Shown here: piece after piece, positions 34,206-43,827 of the stretch
Numbering within the stretch: the first letter of the stretch is position 1
Layout: each line of letters starts with the position of its first letter
Virus record (IMG/VR): IMGVR_UViG_3300028854_000008
Coordinates: 63,374-127,373 of that record
Origin: a virus
Taxonomy: Duplodnaviria > Heunggongvirae > Uroviricota > Caudoviricetes
DNA: 64,000 nt
Reading direction: 5' to 3' (one strand)
Position numbers and translations under genes: made by a program
The notes under the pieces: model-generated
Database searches by the model: none
Seen by the model: the letters and a program-made list of their open reading frames with translations, nothing else
Told to the model about the DNA's origin: nothing

Positions 34206-34940
34206 ATGAATATTACATGGCATACTGAGCAAAAATCACGACCATATCAAGAGGATAGATTTTTTGTCCAGAAGCTGACTTCTGGAGAAACCATTCTTGG
34301 AGTATTTGATGGTCATGGTGATTCTTGGACTTCTGAGTATGCTGCAAAACATACCCCATATATTTTTCGGGCATTATTGAAGAATAATCCTTATTCTTAT
34401 TATTTAACAATGGAAAAAGTAATTAATAGACTTGATAAAAAAACACAAAATCATTATTGCGGAAGCACTGCATCATTGGTTTTGATCGACAAAGATCAAA
34501 AATTTGCATACGTTGCCATTCTTGGCGATAGCCCTGTGATTATTAAAGATGCAGAAGAAAATATTTGGATTGCTCCAGAGCACAATGTTCGATCAAATAA
34601 AGCAGAAGCTGATGCTGCTATAAAAGATGGCAAAGCATTTATTTCTGATGGATATTTATTTGATCGAAGCAAAGGTCGTGATAGCACCGGCTTACAAATG
34701 TCCAGAGCATTAGGGGACAGAAGTTTAGATAATATCTTAAATCGAACTCCAGAAGTTTTTGAAATCGAATTAAATAAAAATAGCTGGATTTTATGTGCAT
34801 CTGATGGCTTAACTGATCCTGGCCATTCTTCATCTAATTTTGATAATATCATTGCAAAAATTTCAACCGCAACTGCTAGAAGCTTAACTAAAGAAGCCGG
34901 AATTTATGACAATGCAACAGCTATTTTAGTAAAACTGTAA
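34206..34940 (+). CDS. PP2C-family Ser/Thr protein phosphatase
   Basis: Motifs QEDRF, GVFDGHGD, ALGDRSLD, CASDGLTD. Confidence 0.8.
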   Translation: MNITWHTEQKSRPYQEDRFFVQKLTSGETILGVFDGHGDSWTSEYAAKHTPYIFRALLKNNPYSYYLTMEKVINRLDKKTQNHYCGSTASLVLIDKDQKFAYVAILGDSPVIIKDAEENIWIAPEHNVRSNKAEADAAIKDGKAFISDGYLFDRSKGRDSTGLQMSRALGDRSLDNILNRTPEVFEIELNKNSWILCASDGLTDPGHSSSNFDNIIAKISTATARSLTKEAGIYDNATAILVKL

Positions 34941-35003
34941 AATTTTTACTTTACGATAAATAAGTATAGATTCAATTTATTTCATAAGCGAGAATTAGCA
35001 AGA

Positions 35004-35192
35004 ATGTTACTTTCAATTTTGAAACATTTACCAATATCTATTTTTATAAGTATATCACTATTATGCCAGAATACTTTGATTTTCAGTATATTGGTATTTT
35101 TATTAATTTGTTTATGTAGTATGTGGTTTTTCTTAGCGTATAAGTTTATTAAATTTCCTTTATTCAAAGCGACTATGTATGAAAAATACTAA
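35004..35192 (+). CDS. hypothetical small membrane peptide
   Basis: ORF track; very hydrophobic; weak. Confidence 0.3.
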   Translation: MLLSILKHLPISIFISISLLCQNTLIFSILVFLLICLCSMWFFLAYKFIKFPLFKATMYEKY

Positions 35193-36456
35193 TCTAGATA
35201 TTAAATGTATTTTCTGTGGCAAAACTAGGGCCGAAAGTTCCAAAATTCTCGTGAGTGGAGAATTTTCAATTTGTGATAAATGTGTGTTACTTTTCAATGG
35301 TCTTTTAGAAAATAGTAAACCTTCAGAAAAAAAAGCTAAAGAGAAAGAAATTAAGCAAGAATCTGAATTAATATCTGAGGAAATTATTCCTCAATTAAAT
35401 TCCATTGAAATTAAAAAATTTCTTGATAAGAATGTTATTGGGCAAGAAGAAGCAAAAATTGCATTGAGCGTTAGTATAGTAAATCACTATAAAAGAATGC
35501 TATATGAAACAACTAATTATACACAATTAGACAAAAGTAATTTAATTATCACTGGACCGAGCGGAAGTGGAAAATCTCTTCTCATTAAAACAATTTCTAA
35601 ATTTTTAAATGTTCCCTTCGTATCAATAGATGCTACTACATTGACCGAAGCTGGTTATATTGGAGAAAATGTAGACACTATCATTTCTCGGCTTCTTGCT
35701 AATGCAGATGGTGATATTGAAGCTGCTCAACAAGGAATTGTTTTTATTGATGAAATAGATAAAATTGCCACTGGAAAAACTAGAAGTAGCACAAGCGACA
35801 AACATGTATCTGGAGTTCAAGCTGCATTATTAAAAATGGTAGAAGGATCTATTGTAAGAATTCCATCGCCTTCAATTAAAAAATCATTTATTCCCCAATT
35901 AGTCGAAGTTGATACAACAAATATATTGTTCATTTGCGGCGGGGCATTTGAGGGATTAAATGAAATAGTTATTAATAGATTGAAAAAGAAATCAGGAATG
36001 GGGTTTACTGATGCTCCTATAAATAATAAAACTTTAGAAACAGAATATTCTACAGAAGATTTTATTGAATATGGAATAATTCCTGAATTTATTGGAAGAT
36101 TTCCATTACATACATATACTACTGCATTGAGTACTGAAGAATTAATTAAAGTTTTAACAGATTTAGACAATAATATGCTTTTTCAATATAAATTTTATTT
36201 TGAAATTGATGATATTGATATAGAATTTACTGATGAATTTATTGCCAAATTAGCCGCAAAAGCAAAAATGAATAAAACTGGAGTTCGTGGCCTTAAAGGA
36301 TTGTGTGATTCAATAATGTCAGATCATTTATTTTTACTTCCTGAATATAAAAAACGTGGAATTTTTAAATTAATATTTGACGAAAGTTGTATAGATAAAA
36401 AATCTATACCCAAATTTGAATTCACTACATTCAAAGAAAAAGTAAAAACTTCTTGA
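35179..36456 (+). CDS. clpX: ATP-dependent Clp protease ATPase subunit ClpX
   Basis: N-terminal C4 zinc finger CIFCGK..CDKCV, Walker A GPSGSGKSLL, DATTLTEAGYIGENVDTII, sensor and C-terminal domain blocks. Confidence 0.85.
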   Translation: MKNTNLDIKCIFCGKTRAESSKILVSGEFSICDKCVLLFNGLLENSKPSEKKAKEKEIKQESELISEEIIPQLNSIEIKKFLDKNVIGQEEAKIALSVSIVNHYKRMLYETTNYTQLDKSNLIITGPSGSGKSLLIKTISKFLNVPFVSIDATTLTEAGYIGENVDTIISRLLANADGDIEAAQQGIVFIDEIDKIATGKTRSSTSDKHVSGVQAALLKMVEGSIVRIPSPSIKKSFIPQLVEVDTTNILFICGGAFEGLNEIVINRLKKKSGMGFTDAPINNKTLETEYSTEDFIEYGIIPEFIGRFPLHTYTTALSTEELIKVLTDLDNNMLFQYKFYFEIDDIDIEFTDEFIAKLAAKAKMNKTGVRGLKGLCDSIMSDHLFLLPEYKKRGIFKLIFDESCIDKKSIPKFEFTTFKEKVKTS

Positions 36457-36516
36457 TAGAAATATTTCAGATACGCTAATACCATAAACAATTAAAATAA
36501 ACTGAAAGAGGATATA

Positions 36517-36819
36517 ATGACAGTAAATACTTTGAAAAAGGTAAAAATTAATATTGATGTAAAAGAACCAACTCTATATCAGGTAGTTTATTACAATGAC
36601 GAAATCACTCCTGCTGTTTTTGTTGCAGAAACATTAATCCAAATTTTCAATTATGAAATTGAAGATGCTGTTGCATTAACTACAGTTATTAATGATTCTG
36701 GGTCAGGTATTGCTGTGAGCGGAATATCAAAAGAATTAGCCACTCATCTGAAGGACCTAGTGTTGGTATCTGCGCAAGTTGCAAAATACCCACTCAAAGT
36801 AGAAGTAAAAGCGAAATAA
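36517..36819 (+). CDS. clpS: ClpS-like adaptor protein
   Basis: YQVVYYNDEITPAVFVAETLIQIFNYEIEDAVALTTVIN pattern typical of ClpS; immediately after clpX. Confidence 0.65.
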   Translation: MTVNTLKKVKINIDVKEPTLYQVVYYNDEITPAVFVAETLIQIFNYEIEDAVALTTVINDSGSGIAVSGISKELATHLKDLVLVSAQVAKYPLKVEVKAK

Positions 36820-36821
36820 AA

Positions 36822-36847
36822 ATGGAGAGTTAAACTCTCCATTTTTA
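36822..36847. terminator. bidirectional intrinsic terminator GGAGAGTT-AA-ACTCTCC with T/A runs both sides
   Basis: Perfect 8-bp stem between convergent genes. Confidence 0.6.
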
Positions 36848-37165
36848 TTTCTTTTTGGATGTAGTTTTTGCTTTTTTTGTTTTACTAATTACAGTATTGT
36901 TTGCAATAGCATTAATCGCGTCTTTTTCAATCTCTGCAACTGTTTCAACCACAATTTTTTTTACTTTTGTCTTTGCAGCCGTGACCACTTCTTTCGCTGC
37001 TGGGGTCGCAATATCAATTAATTCCTGCTCTGCAACCAAAAAAACTTTTGTAGCAGAATTTTTTAAATCTGATTTTTCAGTTTCTTCTGATTCCTCGGAC
37101 CTAATAAACTTAACAATTGCTCCTGCTACTACCAATAAAACCAAAATTATGATAACTGTATACAT
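36845..37165 (-). CDS. membrane-anchored Lys/Ala-rich protein
   Basis: Strong AAGGTGG SD 8 nt before ATG on minus strand; N-terminal TM helix; preferred over overlapping + ORF 36855..37187. Confidence 0.5.
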   Translation of the reverse strand: MYTVIIILVLLVVAGAIVKFIRSEESEETEKSDLKNSATKVFLVAEQELIDIATPAAKEVVTAAKTKVKKIVVETVAEIEKDAINAIANNTVISKTKKAKTTSKKK

Positions 37166-37278
37166 TTTGCACCACCTTATAAAATAATTACAAATCTATT
37201 TATCTTTTTACTTGACATCATGCATCAAACTTGTTACTATTATATATATAGAAACATATATTAAAGGAGAATTAAATT

Positions 37279-37527
37279 ATGGCTTTTACAAATATTCAAG
37301 GAACACAGACTGCGTTTTTGCACAACTATCTTAGGGGTACAAATCGCACACTAACAGAGAAGCAAGCACTTAGTTTGTTCGGGATCAAAAATCTTCGTGC
37401 AAGATTGAGTGAACTTCGTCTTCTTGGTCTTCGAGTTCGCTCTGAAAAGACTCTTGATGGTCGTGCAAAGTATAGCGTGAGCCGTCGAGACGTTTACGGC
37501 AGTGAATTCAGCTTGGTTTCTAAGTAA
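37279..37527 (+). CDS. hypothetical protein (GC-richer)
   Basis: AAAGGAGAATTAAATT SD; promoter TTGACA..TACTAT upstream. Confidence 0.5.
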   Translation: MAFTNIQGTQTAFLHNYLRGTNRTLTEKQALSLFGIKNLRARLSELRLLGLRVRSEKTLDGRAKYSVSRRDVYGSEFSLVSK

Positions 37528-37548
37528 ATTTTTACTTCGATAATCATA

Positions 37549-37580
37549 ATGGCGGGCTAAATTAGCCCGCCATTATATTG
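37549..37580 (+). terminator. intrinsic terminator GGCGGGCTAA/TTAGCCCGCC
   Basis: Perfect 10-bp GC-rich stem. Confidence 0.55.
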
Positions 37581-37591
37581 TTCAAAACAAA

Positions 37592-37641
37592 GCACTTATT
37601 TTCTTATTGACAAATAAATTTATTTAGGATATTCTTTATAT
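37592..37641 (+). promoter_or_regulatory. conserved promoter element AAAGCACTTATTTTCTTATTGACA-N17-TATTCT
   Basis: Near-identical copies at 48040, 53025, 62800; ATG 9 nt after -10. Confidence 0.6.
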
Positions 37642-38343
37642 ATGGATGAAAAAGCACAACTAGCTGCTGTTCAACAAAATGGTTATGCAATTCAATACAT
37701 CGACAAGCCAAGCGAAGCTGTGCAACTGGCTGCTGTTCAACAAAATGGTTGTGCAATTGAATACATCAGCAAGCCAAGCGAAGCTGTGCAACTGGCTGCT
37801 GTTCAACAAAATGGTTGTGCAATTGAATACATCAGCAAGCCAAGCAAAGCTGTGCAACTAGCTGCTGTTCAACAAGATGGTTGGGCAATTGAATACATCA
37901 GAAATCCAAGCGAAGCTGTGCAATTGGCTGCTGTTCAACAAGATGGTTGGGCAATTGAATACATCGACAATCCAAGCGAAGCTGTGCAAATGGCTGCTAT
38001 TCAACAAAATGGTTGGGCAATTGAATACATCGACAATCCAAGCGAAGCTGTGCAAATGGCTGCTATTCAACAAAATGGTCGTGCAATTGAATACATCAGC
38101 AAGCCAAGCGAAGCTGTGCAAATGGCTGCTGTTCAACAAGATGGTTGTGCAATTAAATACATCGACAAACCAAGCGAAGCTGTGCAAATGGCTGCTGTTC
38201 AACAAAATAGTGCGGTAATTCAATACATCGACAAGCCAAGCGAAGCTGTGCAACTGGCTGCTGTTCAAGAAAATAGTGCGGTAATTCAATTCATAAAAAA
38301 TCCAACAATTAATGTCAAATTAGTGGCTAAATTGCTATCTTAA
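37642..38343 (+). CDS. DUF4116-type tandem-repeat protein (~10 x 23-aa repeats)
   Basis: 69-bp DNA tandem repeats encoding AVQLAAVQQNG.AIEYI.KPSE; tail INVKLVAKLLS. Confidence 0.7.
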   Translation: MDEKAQLAAVQQNGYAIQYIDKPSEAVQLAAVQQNGCAIEYISKPSEAVQLAAVQQNGCAIEYISKPSKAVQLAAVQQDGWAIEYIRNPSEAVQLAAVQQDGWAIEYIDNPSEAVQMAAIQQNGWAIEYIDNPSEAVQMAAIQQNGRAIEYISKPSEAVQMAAVQQDGCAIKYIDKPSEAVQMAAVQQNSAVIQYIDKPSEAVQLAAVQENSAVIQFIKNPTINVKLVAKLLS

Positions 38344-38344
38344 C

Positions 38345-38400
38345 ATATTCAAAACAAAGCACTTATTTTCTTATTGACTTTACTCTTAAACGTTGATATA
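38345..38400 (+). promoter_or_regulatory. conserved promoter element, variant with downstream TTTACTCTTAA..TGATATACT
   Basis: Shares AAACAAAGCACTTATTTTCTTATTGAC with other copies; second copy of this variant at 63362. Confidence 0.5.
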
Positions 38401-38645
38401 CTATATTTGTAAGATAAATGGAGTTTTAGGTGTAGTAAAAATCCAAATGCAATTTAAAAGCAGATTTCGCCAAAAACTTATCATAAAGCGTCCACTGCTG
38501 CCAAAGTTTGGTCAGAACATGTATCTTTGTATATAGCACAAGATTTTGTACAGTTTGTTTGGGATTCTGTGCAATACCAACTAGCGTATCAGCGTAGTAT
38601 CAAGATTTTCCAACAAATTCTACCATAATCAAAGGGGAATAAACA

Positions 38646-38825
38646 ATGAAGAAATCAAATCTTGTTGTATCGTCAGAGAATCAAGAACGCAAGCCAATTC
38701 AGACTGAAATAACTGTTGGCATGGCTCATACTATTCGCGGTGAGGGCACTCACATTATCATTCGTCCTGATGGAAAGATCAATCCACTCGATCCAGATAA
38801 CGATTTGGCAATTCTGATCAGCTAA
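38646..38825 (+). CDS. hypothetical small protein (59 aa)
   Basis: ATG after AAAGGGGAATAAACA SD. Confidence 0.35.
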   Translation: MKKSNLVVSSENQERKPIQTEITVGMAHTIRGEGTHIIIRPDGKINPLDPDNDLAILIS

Positions 38826-38857
38826 TTTATATCAATATCAAATAGTGAAAGGAAAAG

Positions 38858-39592
38858 ATGATCGACAAAATATTTCCGCAAGATGAAGTTTGGGCTGCTG
38901 CTGTAGCAGCTCAAAGAATCAATGGCGTATATGTCAAGAGAGTAAACCACTTATATACACGAAATGCATCTTTTATTTCTTTTGATAACCCAAAAAATAT
39001 CGTATCAGAAAATGATTCAAAGCCAACTAATGTTTCTTTAATAAGAGCATTTCTAAATTCTGACAAGTCTAACCTCACACTTGAAGATTTTGAAAATGGT
39101 CAAAAGATTCGTGAATATTTTTGTACTCTAATATCTTTGATATTTTCTGGTGAAGCCAGAGAATATATTAAGATGGCAGTCGCAGCGGCTGCATTGCAAA
39201 CAATTTCTTTGACTGGAAAAGAGCTACCTTTAATTGCTTCAATGCCAGAGGCATATCAAAAGAATATGGAAAGAGAAAAAGTTCGATCTTTTCTTTCAGT
39301 AATGCAAGCAAATAGTGTTTCTATACCAAATTGTTCTAGTGCTTCCCCGAGTAGTTTTATATTTACAGTAGTTGATTGCAAATTTAATAAAAAGTTTTGC
39401 CATACTCCATGGGCAATTAATGCTATCGTTTCAAACAAAGATGGCAGCAATTCTTTAGTGTATTTTTTTGATTTTAAAGAATGGAAAGTTGGACAAACAT
39501 ATTCTGCTAGTGCATATGTAAAAAGAATAAATGAACAAATAACACAACTTGAATATGTAGCTCTGGAAAGTAAAATAAATGACAAAAAATAA
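38858..39592 (+). CDS. hypothetical protein
   Basis: ORF track; GAAAGGAAAAG SD. Confidence 0.55.
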   Translation: MIDKIFPQDEVWAAAVAAQRINGVYVKRVNHLYTRNASFISFDNPKNIVSENDSKPTNVSLIRAFLNSDKSNLTLEDFENGQKIREYFCTLISLIFSGEAREYIKMAVAAAALQTISLTGKELPLIASMPEAYQKNMEREKVRSFLSVMQANSVSIPNCSSASPSSFIFTVVDCKFNKKFCHTPWAINAIVSNKDGSNSLVYFFDFKEWKVGQTYSASAYVKRINEQITQLEYVALESKINDKK

Positions 39593-40199
39593 ATCATATG
39601 TTCAATGGTCAGTGGCCGCTGAATTTTCATTTGAAGAATTTCTAGAATTCTCTGGAGAAGTTGCAGTAAAAATTGAAAATGATTTATATCATGGCAGCAC
39701 TGATTCTACCAGAATCAAATGTATTAAAAGAAGTTGCAAATGTGTCTTGTGTGGAATTACTGCCACTATAGTAAGATTGGAGAGACAAAAAGAAGCAACT
39801 GCTGGCAAACGAGATGGATTTCATTTCAATGTTTACGCAAAAGTTGAAGATAGGTCCAACGAAATTGGATATCGATATGTGTTATTGACTCAAGATCATA
39901 TTTTTCCAAAATCACTTGGAGGGCCAACCACATTGAATAATCTTCAAACAATGTGTTCTGCCTGTAATCATAAAAAAGGAGATATCATAGATTTTAATAA
40001 TCTTCCAGTGTTGGATGAAGATACGAAAAAGAATATCTGGGGGAAATTATGCCATGATGGAACGACTTTCAAAACTATCGCATATCTTTTATGCTCTTCA
40101 AATGTCAAACTAAATCAAGAATTTGCAAAAGAATTGGGATGTGTTAGTTTATCCAGAATGAAACAACCAGAACATCTATTAAAATTGTTTTTAATTTAA
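39579..40199 (+). CDS. HNH endonuclease
   Basis: DHIFPKSLGGPTTLNNLQTMCSACNHKKGD plus upstream zinc Cys pairs. Confidence 0.75.
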   Translation: MTKNKSYVQWSVAAEFSFEEFLEFSGEVAVKIENDLYHGSTDSTRIKCIKRSCKCVLCGITATIVRLERQKEATAGKRDGFHFNVYAKVEDRSNEIGYRYVLLTQDHIFPKSLGGPTTLNNLQTMCSACNHKKGDIIDFNNLPVLDEDTKKNIWGKLCHDGTTFKTIAYLLCSSNVKLNQEFAKELGCVSLSRMKQPEHLLKLFLI

Positions 40200-40211
40200 G
40201 AGGAATATAAT

Positions 40212-41177
40212 ATGGCACACACTCGAAAATTACTTTTGATCCAAGGAGAATCAGGATCTGGAAAATCAACCTTTGCTAAAAAATATGTCGAGGATCATCC
40301 CAATTATATTAGAATAAATCGTGATGATTTACGCATCGAATTGGCTGATGAACCAAATGCCCCAAAAGGCGGAAAATTTGAACGCTTTGTTTCTTTGGTT
40401 GAAAAAAGCAGAGTTGATAAAGCTTTAAAGGAAAATAAATCAGTAATATTAGATAATACTCATTTAAATTCAAACACTGTCGATGGATGGCGTAATTTCG
40501 CTCGTCATAAAGCAGAATTTGATATTTATCGAATGCAAACTCCAATGGAAGAGTGTATTTTGCGTGATTCAAAAAGAATTGGCAAATCACATGTGGGAAC
40601 GGCTGTAATTCATCGTCAATTTCTTATGTCTGGTAGATTGCCCATTGATCTTTCAAAGAAAATAGTGTTGTCTGATGTGGATGGAACTTTGATGGATTGC
40701 CATGGAATCCGCAGCCCATATGATGAAAGCAAAGTGTTGTTAGATAAACCTTTTCAAAATATCATCAATGAAGTTAATAAATATCATGATGCTGGAAATA
40801 CTGTTATTATTGTTTCTGGTCGGCATAGCACTTGCGGAGATGATACCATCACTTCACTTACTAAACATGGTGTAAAATTTGATTTTATTTTTATGCGCCA
40901 CATGTGGGATAATAATCACGATTATATCGTGAAACAACAAATTTTGGACCAATTACTTAATGTTGTCCCAAAAGAGCAAATTATTAAAATATGGGATGAC
41001 CGTCCACAAGTTGTAAAACAAGTGTGGCTCAAAAATAATTTACCAATTCAACCAGTTTTTAAAAATCAATTAATTCCTATCAATGAATGGACTACTGTTC
41101 ATGATAAGAATTGCAAATTCATTGCAACCAATAGATTTGGTCGATGCCCTGATTGTGAAGCATTGGAGGATTTTTAA
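40212..41177 (+). CDS. pnk: polynucleotide 5'-kinase / 3'-phosphatase (T4 Pnk-like)
   Basis: N-terminal P-loop GESGSGKST with RINRDDLR, C-terminal HAD phosphatase motif LSDVDGTLMD and VSGR. Confidence 0.8.
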   Translation: MAHTRKLLLIQGESGSGKSTFAKKYVEDHPNYIRINRDDLRIELADEPNAPKGGKFERFVSLVEKSRVDKALKENKSVILDNTHLNSNTVDGWRNFARHKAEFDIYRMQTPMEECILRDSKRIGKSHVGTAVIHRQFLMSGRLPIDLSKKIVLSDVDGTLMDCHGIRSPYDESKVLLDKPFQNIINEVNKYHDAGNTVIIVSGRHSTCGDDTITSLTKHGVKFDFIFMRHMWDNNHDYIVKQQILDQLLNVVPKEQIIKIWDDRPQVVKQVWLKNNLPIQPVFKNQLIPINEWTTVHDKNCKFIATNRFGRCPDCEALEDF

Positions 41178-41483
41178 ATGGAAGGAAACGCAGTGGTTCC
41201 TTGCCCAAATTGCAAATTTATGCTTAATGTAGAAGAAGATAAACTTGCAAAATCATATGGGAACATTCTAATGGATGATTTTTTGGCTAAAGAAGCAAAA
41301 ATCAATGTAGACCGTCGTGGGGTACTGGATAGTTCTTTGTCATTAACCTCAGAAGTGAATTTTAATTATGATAAATTTAAAATAATCATTACTGCTCATT
41401 GCGGCAGATGTAAATATGACTACCGCTTCAATCACGAAGAAAATATGAAAGATTTGATCTTAATACAAAAATTGGCGAAATAA
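41178..41483 (+). CDS. hypothetical zinc-ribbon protein
   Basis: CPNC ... CGRC. Confidence 0.5.
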   Translation: MEGNAVVPCPNCKFMLNVEEDKLAKSYGNILMDDFLAKEAKINVDRRGVLDSSLSLTSEVNFNYDKFKIIITAHCGRCKYDYRFNHEENMKDLILIQKLAK

Positions 41484-41484
41484 A

Positions 41485-41742
41485 ATGGCAAAATTTGTTG
41501 TAGATTTATGGCTAGATGGATATGATTCTGAAGAAGAAATGATCGTGGCTTGTAAAGAATTCATATATGAATCACTTAATATGACTGCTAGTTCTGTAAA
41601 AGTTGCAGATTTTTATCAATATACAAAAACAGCATGTCCTGCTTGTCTTGCCAATGATCATTCCCAGCATGATACTAGTGTCTATAAATTAGGTTGTCAA
41701 GATCAAACTACAGAAAAACCATGCGAATGCATGGTAGAATAA
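41485..41742 (+). CDS. hypothetical protein
   Basis: ORF track. Confidence 0.5.
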   Translation: MAKFVVDLWLDGYDSEEEMIVACKEFIYESLNMTASSVKVADFYQYTKTACPACLANDHSQHDTSVYKLGCQDQTTEKPCECMVE

Positions 41743-41754
41743 GAGGATATTATT

Positions 41755-42855
41755 ATGGCTTTGTGGCGAACTTTTGCTTGTAAAATTCAATTGCTTCCAC
41801 ATCCAAACGCAGATAGAATGGAAATTGCTCGTTGCAATTTCAATCAACTTGTGGTTGCTAAAGGAAATTATCAAGACGGTGATGTTATTGTCTTCGCACC
41901 AGAACGAGCAATTTTGCCTGATTCTTTGAAAGGCGAATATGTAAATTCTGAAACTGGAATCAGTTATCTTACTGGATCAGAGAAAAATAGAGTCAAAGCT
42001 ATCAAACTGAGAGGAGAACCATCAGACGGAATTTCCCTTCCTATTGAATGGGTATTGGAGCAAGTTCCTGAATGGAATTCTGTCAAAGATATTCCTTTGG
42101 ATATTGACATTTCAGAAAAACTTGGTATTTCAAAGTATGAACCTCCAATTCCTTATAATATGAGCGGAATTGTAAAATCTGTCGATACTTTAAATTTTGC
42201 ACCGAAAGTCGCTCATCACGATGTTGAACAATTTCGTTTGTTCGCTGATGAATTTGATAAAAATGAAGCTGTAATTTGCAGCGAAAAGTTGCACGGAACG
42301 CAAATCAATGTCTTTTTCTCTAAAACTGGAGAAATTGGAGTGTCTAGCAAAGGATTCAATTCCAGAGATTTGATCATTGAACAGGATGCAAAGAATCTCT
42401 ACTGGCAAGCACTGGAAAATTCTGGTCTAATTAATTTTGTTAAATGCGAAATTCTTGAGTCAAATGCTCCAGAACTATACAAATCAGATGTTCAATTGGT
42501 TGGAGAAGTAATTCCTTGCCAAAAGAATTTTACATATGGTCAAACCAAACCAATTCTGAAGCTATTTCGTTTTATTGTAAATGGCAAGGAATATTCAGTT
42601 CTTGATCTTAACAGAATTTATGGAAAACAGTTCTTGAAAGATCATTGGGTGCCAATTCTTTATCACGGAAAATTTGATCCTGAAATATTTGCAAAACTAT
42701 CTTCTGGAAATGAAACTGTCTCTGGAAAAGGTTTGCACATCAAAGAAGGCATTGTTATTGCTCCAGAAATTCCGCGAGTAGCGCGAAGAGGATTTCTCCT
42801 TCTTTTAAAATGGCTAAATAAGAATTATAAACCAACAGATGAGGATTTTTCTTAA
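41755..42855 (+). CDS. RNA ligase, Rnl2-like (KxHGT family) with N-terminal extension
   Basis: Motif I EKLHGTQ (T4 Rnl2 EKIHGTN), motif III QLVGEVIP, motif IV EGIVIAPE, basic motif V. Confidence 0.65.
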   Translation: MALWRTFACKIQLLPHPNADRMEIARCNFNQLVVAKGNYQDGDVIVFAPERAILPDSLKGEYVNSETGISYLTGSEKNRVKAIKLRGEPSDGISLPIEWVLEQVPEWNSVKDIPLDIDISEKLGISKYEPPIPYNMSGIVKSVDTLNFAPKVAHHDVEQFRLFADEFDKNEAVICSEKLHGTQINVFFSKTGEIGVSSKGFNSRDLIIEQDAKNLYWQALENSGLINFVKCEILESNAPELYKSDVQLVGEVIPCQKNFTYGQTKPILKLFRFIVNGKEYSVLDLNRIYGKQFLKDHWVPILYHGKFDPEIFAKLSSGNETVSGKGLHIKEGIVIAPEIPRVARRGFLLLLKWLNKNYKPTDEDFS

Positions 42856-43217
42856 TGTTTAATATTTGTGAAGACGATTTGACCAATTCAAATTTATTAA
42901 CTTTAAATTATACTAGAAGTGGAAAAATTGCATGTGCAATTCGTCAACTGTTTAACTGGTATTGCCATATTCAAAATAAGGAATATAATCTTCCTTATAA
43001 TGATGGGTATATCAACTATATACATGCTGATAAAAATTGGATTAAAGTTGATGGACTTATTAGTGGAAATGAATATCGATGGAATATTCCGATCCCATAT
43101 AGAAATGAAATGAATATCCCTACTAAATGGTTATTTCAGGAAAACTGGAAAGAATTAATTGAACAACAAATTAAACGAGATAAAAATGAATATCTCATAA
43201 AAAAATTAAGTGAATAA
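42855..43217 (+). CDS. hypothetical protein (ends LIKKLSE, tail family)
   Basis: ORF track. Confidence 0.5.
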   Translation: MFNICEDDLTNSNLLTLNYTRSGKIACAIRQLFNWYCHIQNKEYNLPYNDGYINYIHADKNWIKVDGLISGNEYRWNIPIPYRNEMNIPTKWLFQENWKELIEQQIKRDKNEYLIKKLSE

Positions 43218-43441
43218 TGGAGAGTTTTATGATTTTATTTTTAGTAATTTTATATCTAATTTCTACAATTGAAGCCACGTATTTTTTCAGTAAATCTTGG
43301 TTATTCTATAACGATTTATATTTGGGAAATTTGATTTTTTGTTTTATACTGGGACTTTTACCTTGTGCTTTCGTTCCAGCGTTTATATTATATTTAATAA
43401 CATATTCCAAGTTGCCAGCCCTTTTAATAAAGAAGAGATAA
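43217..43441 (+). CDS. small membrane protein
   Basis: two hydrophobic helices. Confidence 0.4.
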   Translation: MESFMILFLVILYLISTIEATYFFSKSWLFYNDLYLGNLIFCFILGLLPCAFVPAFILYLITYSKLPALLIKKR

Positions 43442-43764
43442 TGATTCCAGACGAATTAACGAGAGCATTACAATTGGTGGGGAAAGATCATCAATTAATT
43501 AATAACGAAGTTTCTATAATTTATAAAAAATTTCAAGAACTCAAATTGAAAATTTTGGGATATTCATGGAACAATAAATGTGTGTCTATTTTTGATGTAA
43601 TTGAATTAGATTATAATAATAAATTATTTTTCATTAATAAAAAACGTGGATGTTATTTATCATTTCCAATTCGTTGGCTCAGCGATCCAAATTGGGAAAA
43701 AGAAGCAATAGAAGGGATCAAAATTGAGAGAGATTATGCTCTAATTGACAAACTACAATCATAA
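43441..43764 (+). CDS. hypothetical protein (ends ALIDKLQS)
   Basis: ATG immediately after previous stop. Confidence 0.5.
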   Translation: MIPDELTRALQLVGKDHQLINNEVSIIYKKFQELKLKILGYSWNNKCVSIFDVIELDYNNKLFFINKKRGCYLSFPIRWLSDPNWEKEAIEGIKIERDYALIDKLQS

Positions 43765-43827
43765 GAAAACAAATGATTTATTTTGACTTTTAGGTTTATA
43801 TTTGCTGTTCTAGATTAGAGGATCAAA

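Noticed and set aside
36855-37187. Plus-strand ORF 36855..37187
   Set aside because: It starts immediately after a terminator without SD or promoter. The overlapping minus-strand ORF 36845..37165 has a strong AAGGTGG SD and a membrane-anchor-like N-terminus, so it was preferred; both cannot be resolved without expression data.
37858-38289. Minus-strand and alternate-frame ORFs inside DUF4116 repeat genes (37660..37857-, 37679..37861+, 37858..38289-, 37877..38218+, 48169..48732-, 48338..48757+, 48425..48679-, 62852..63325-, 62862..63314+, 62982..63170-)
   Set aside because: They are by-products of the 69-bp in-frame tandem repeats, which keep several frames open. Only the plus-strand frame has the promoter, a start codon 9 nt after the -10, and the conserved tail.
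37642-38343. 69-bp tandem repeats considered as a possible CRISPR array
   Set aside because: Repeats are contiguous with no spacers, are in-frame coding sequence, and vary by point substitutions, so they are protein repeats rather than repeat-spacer units.
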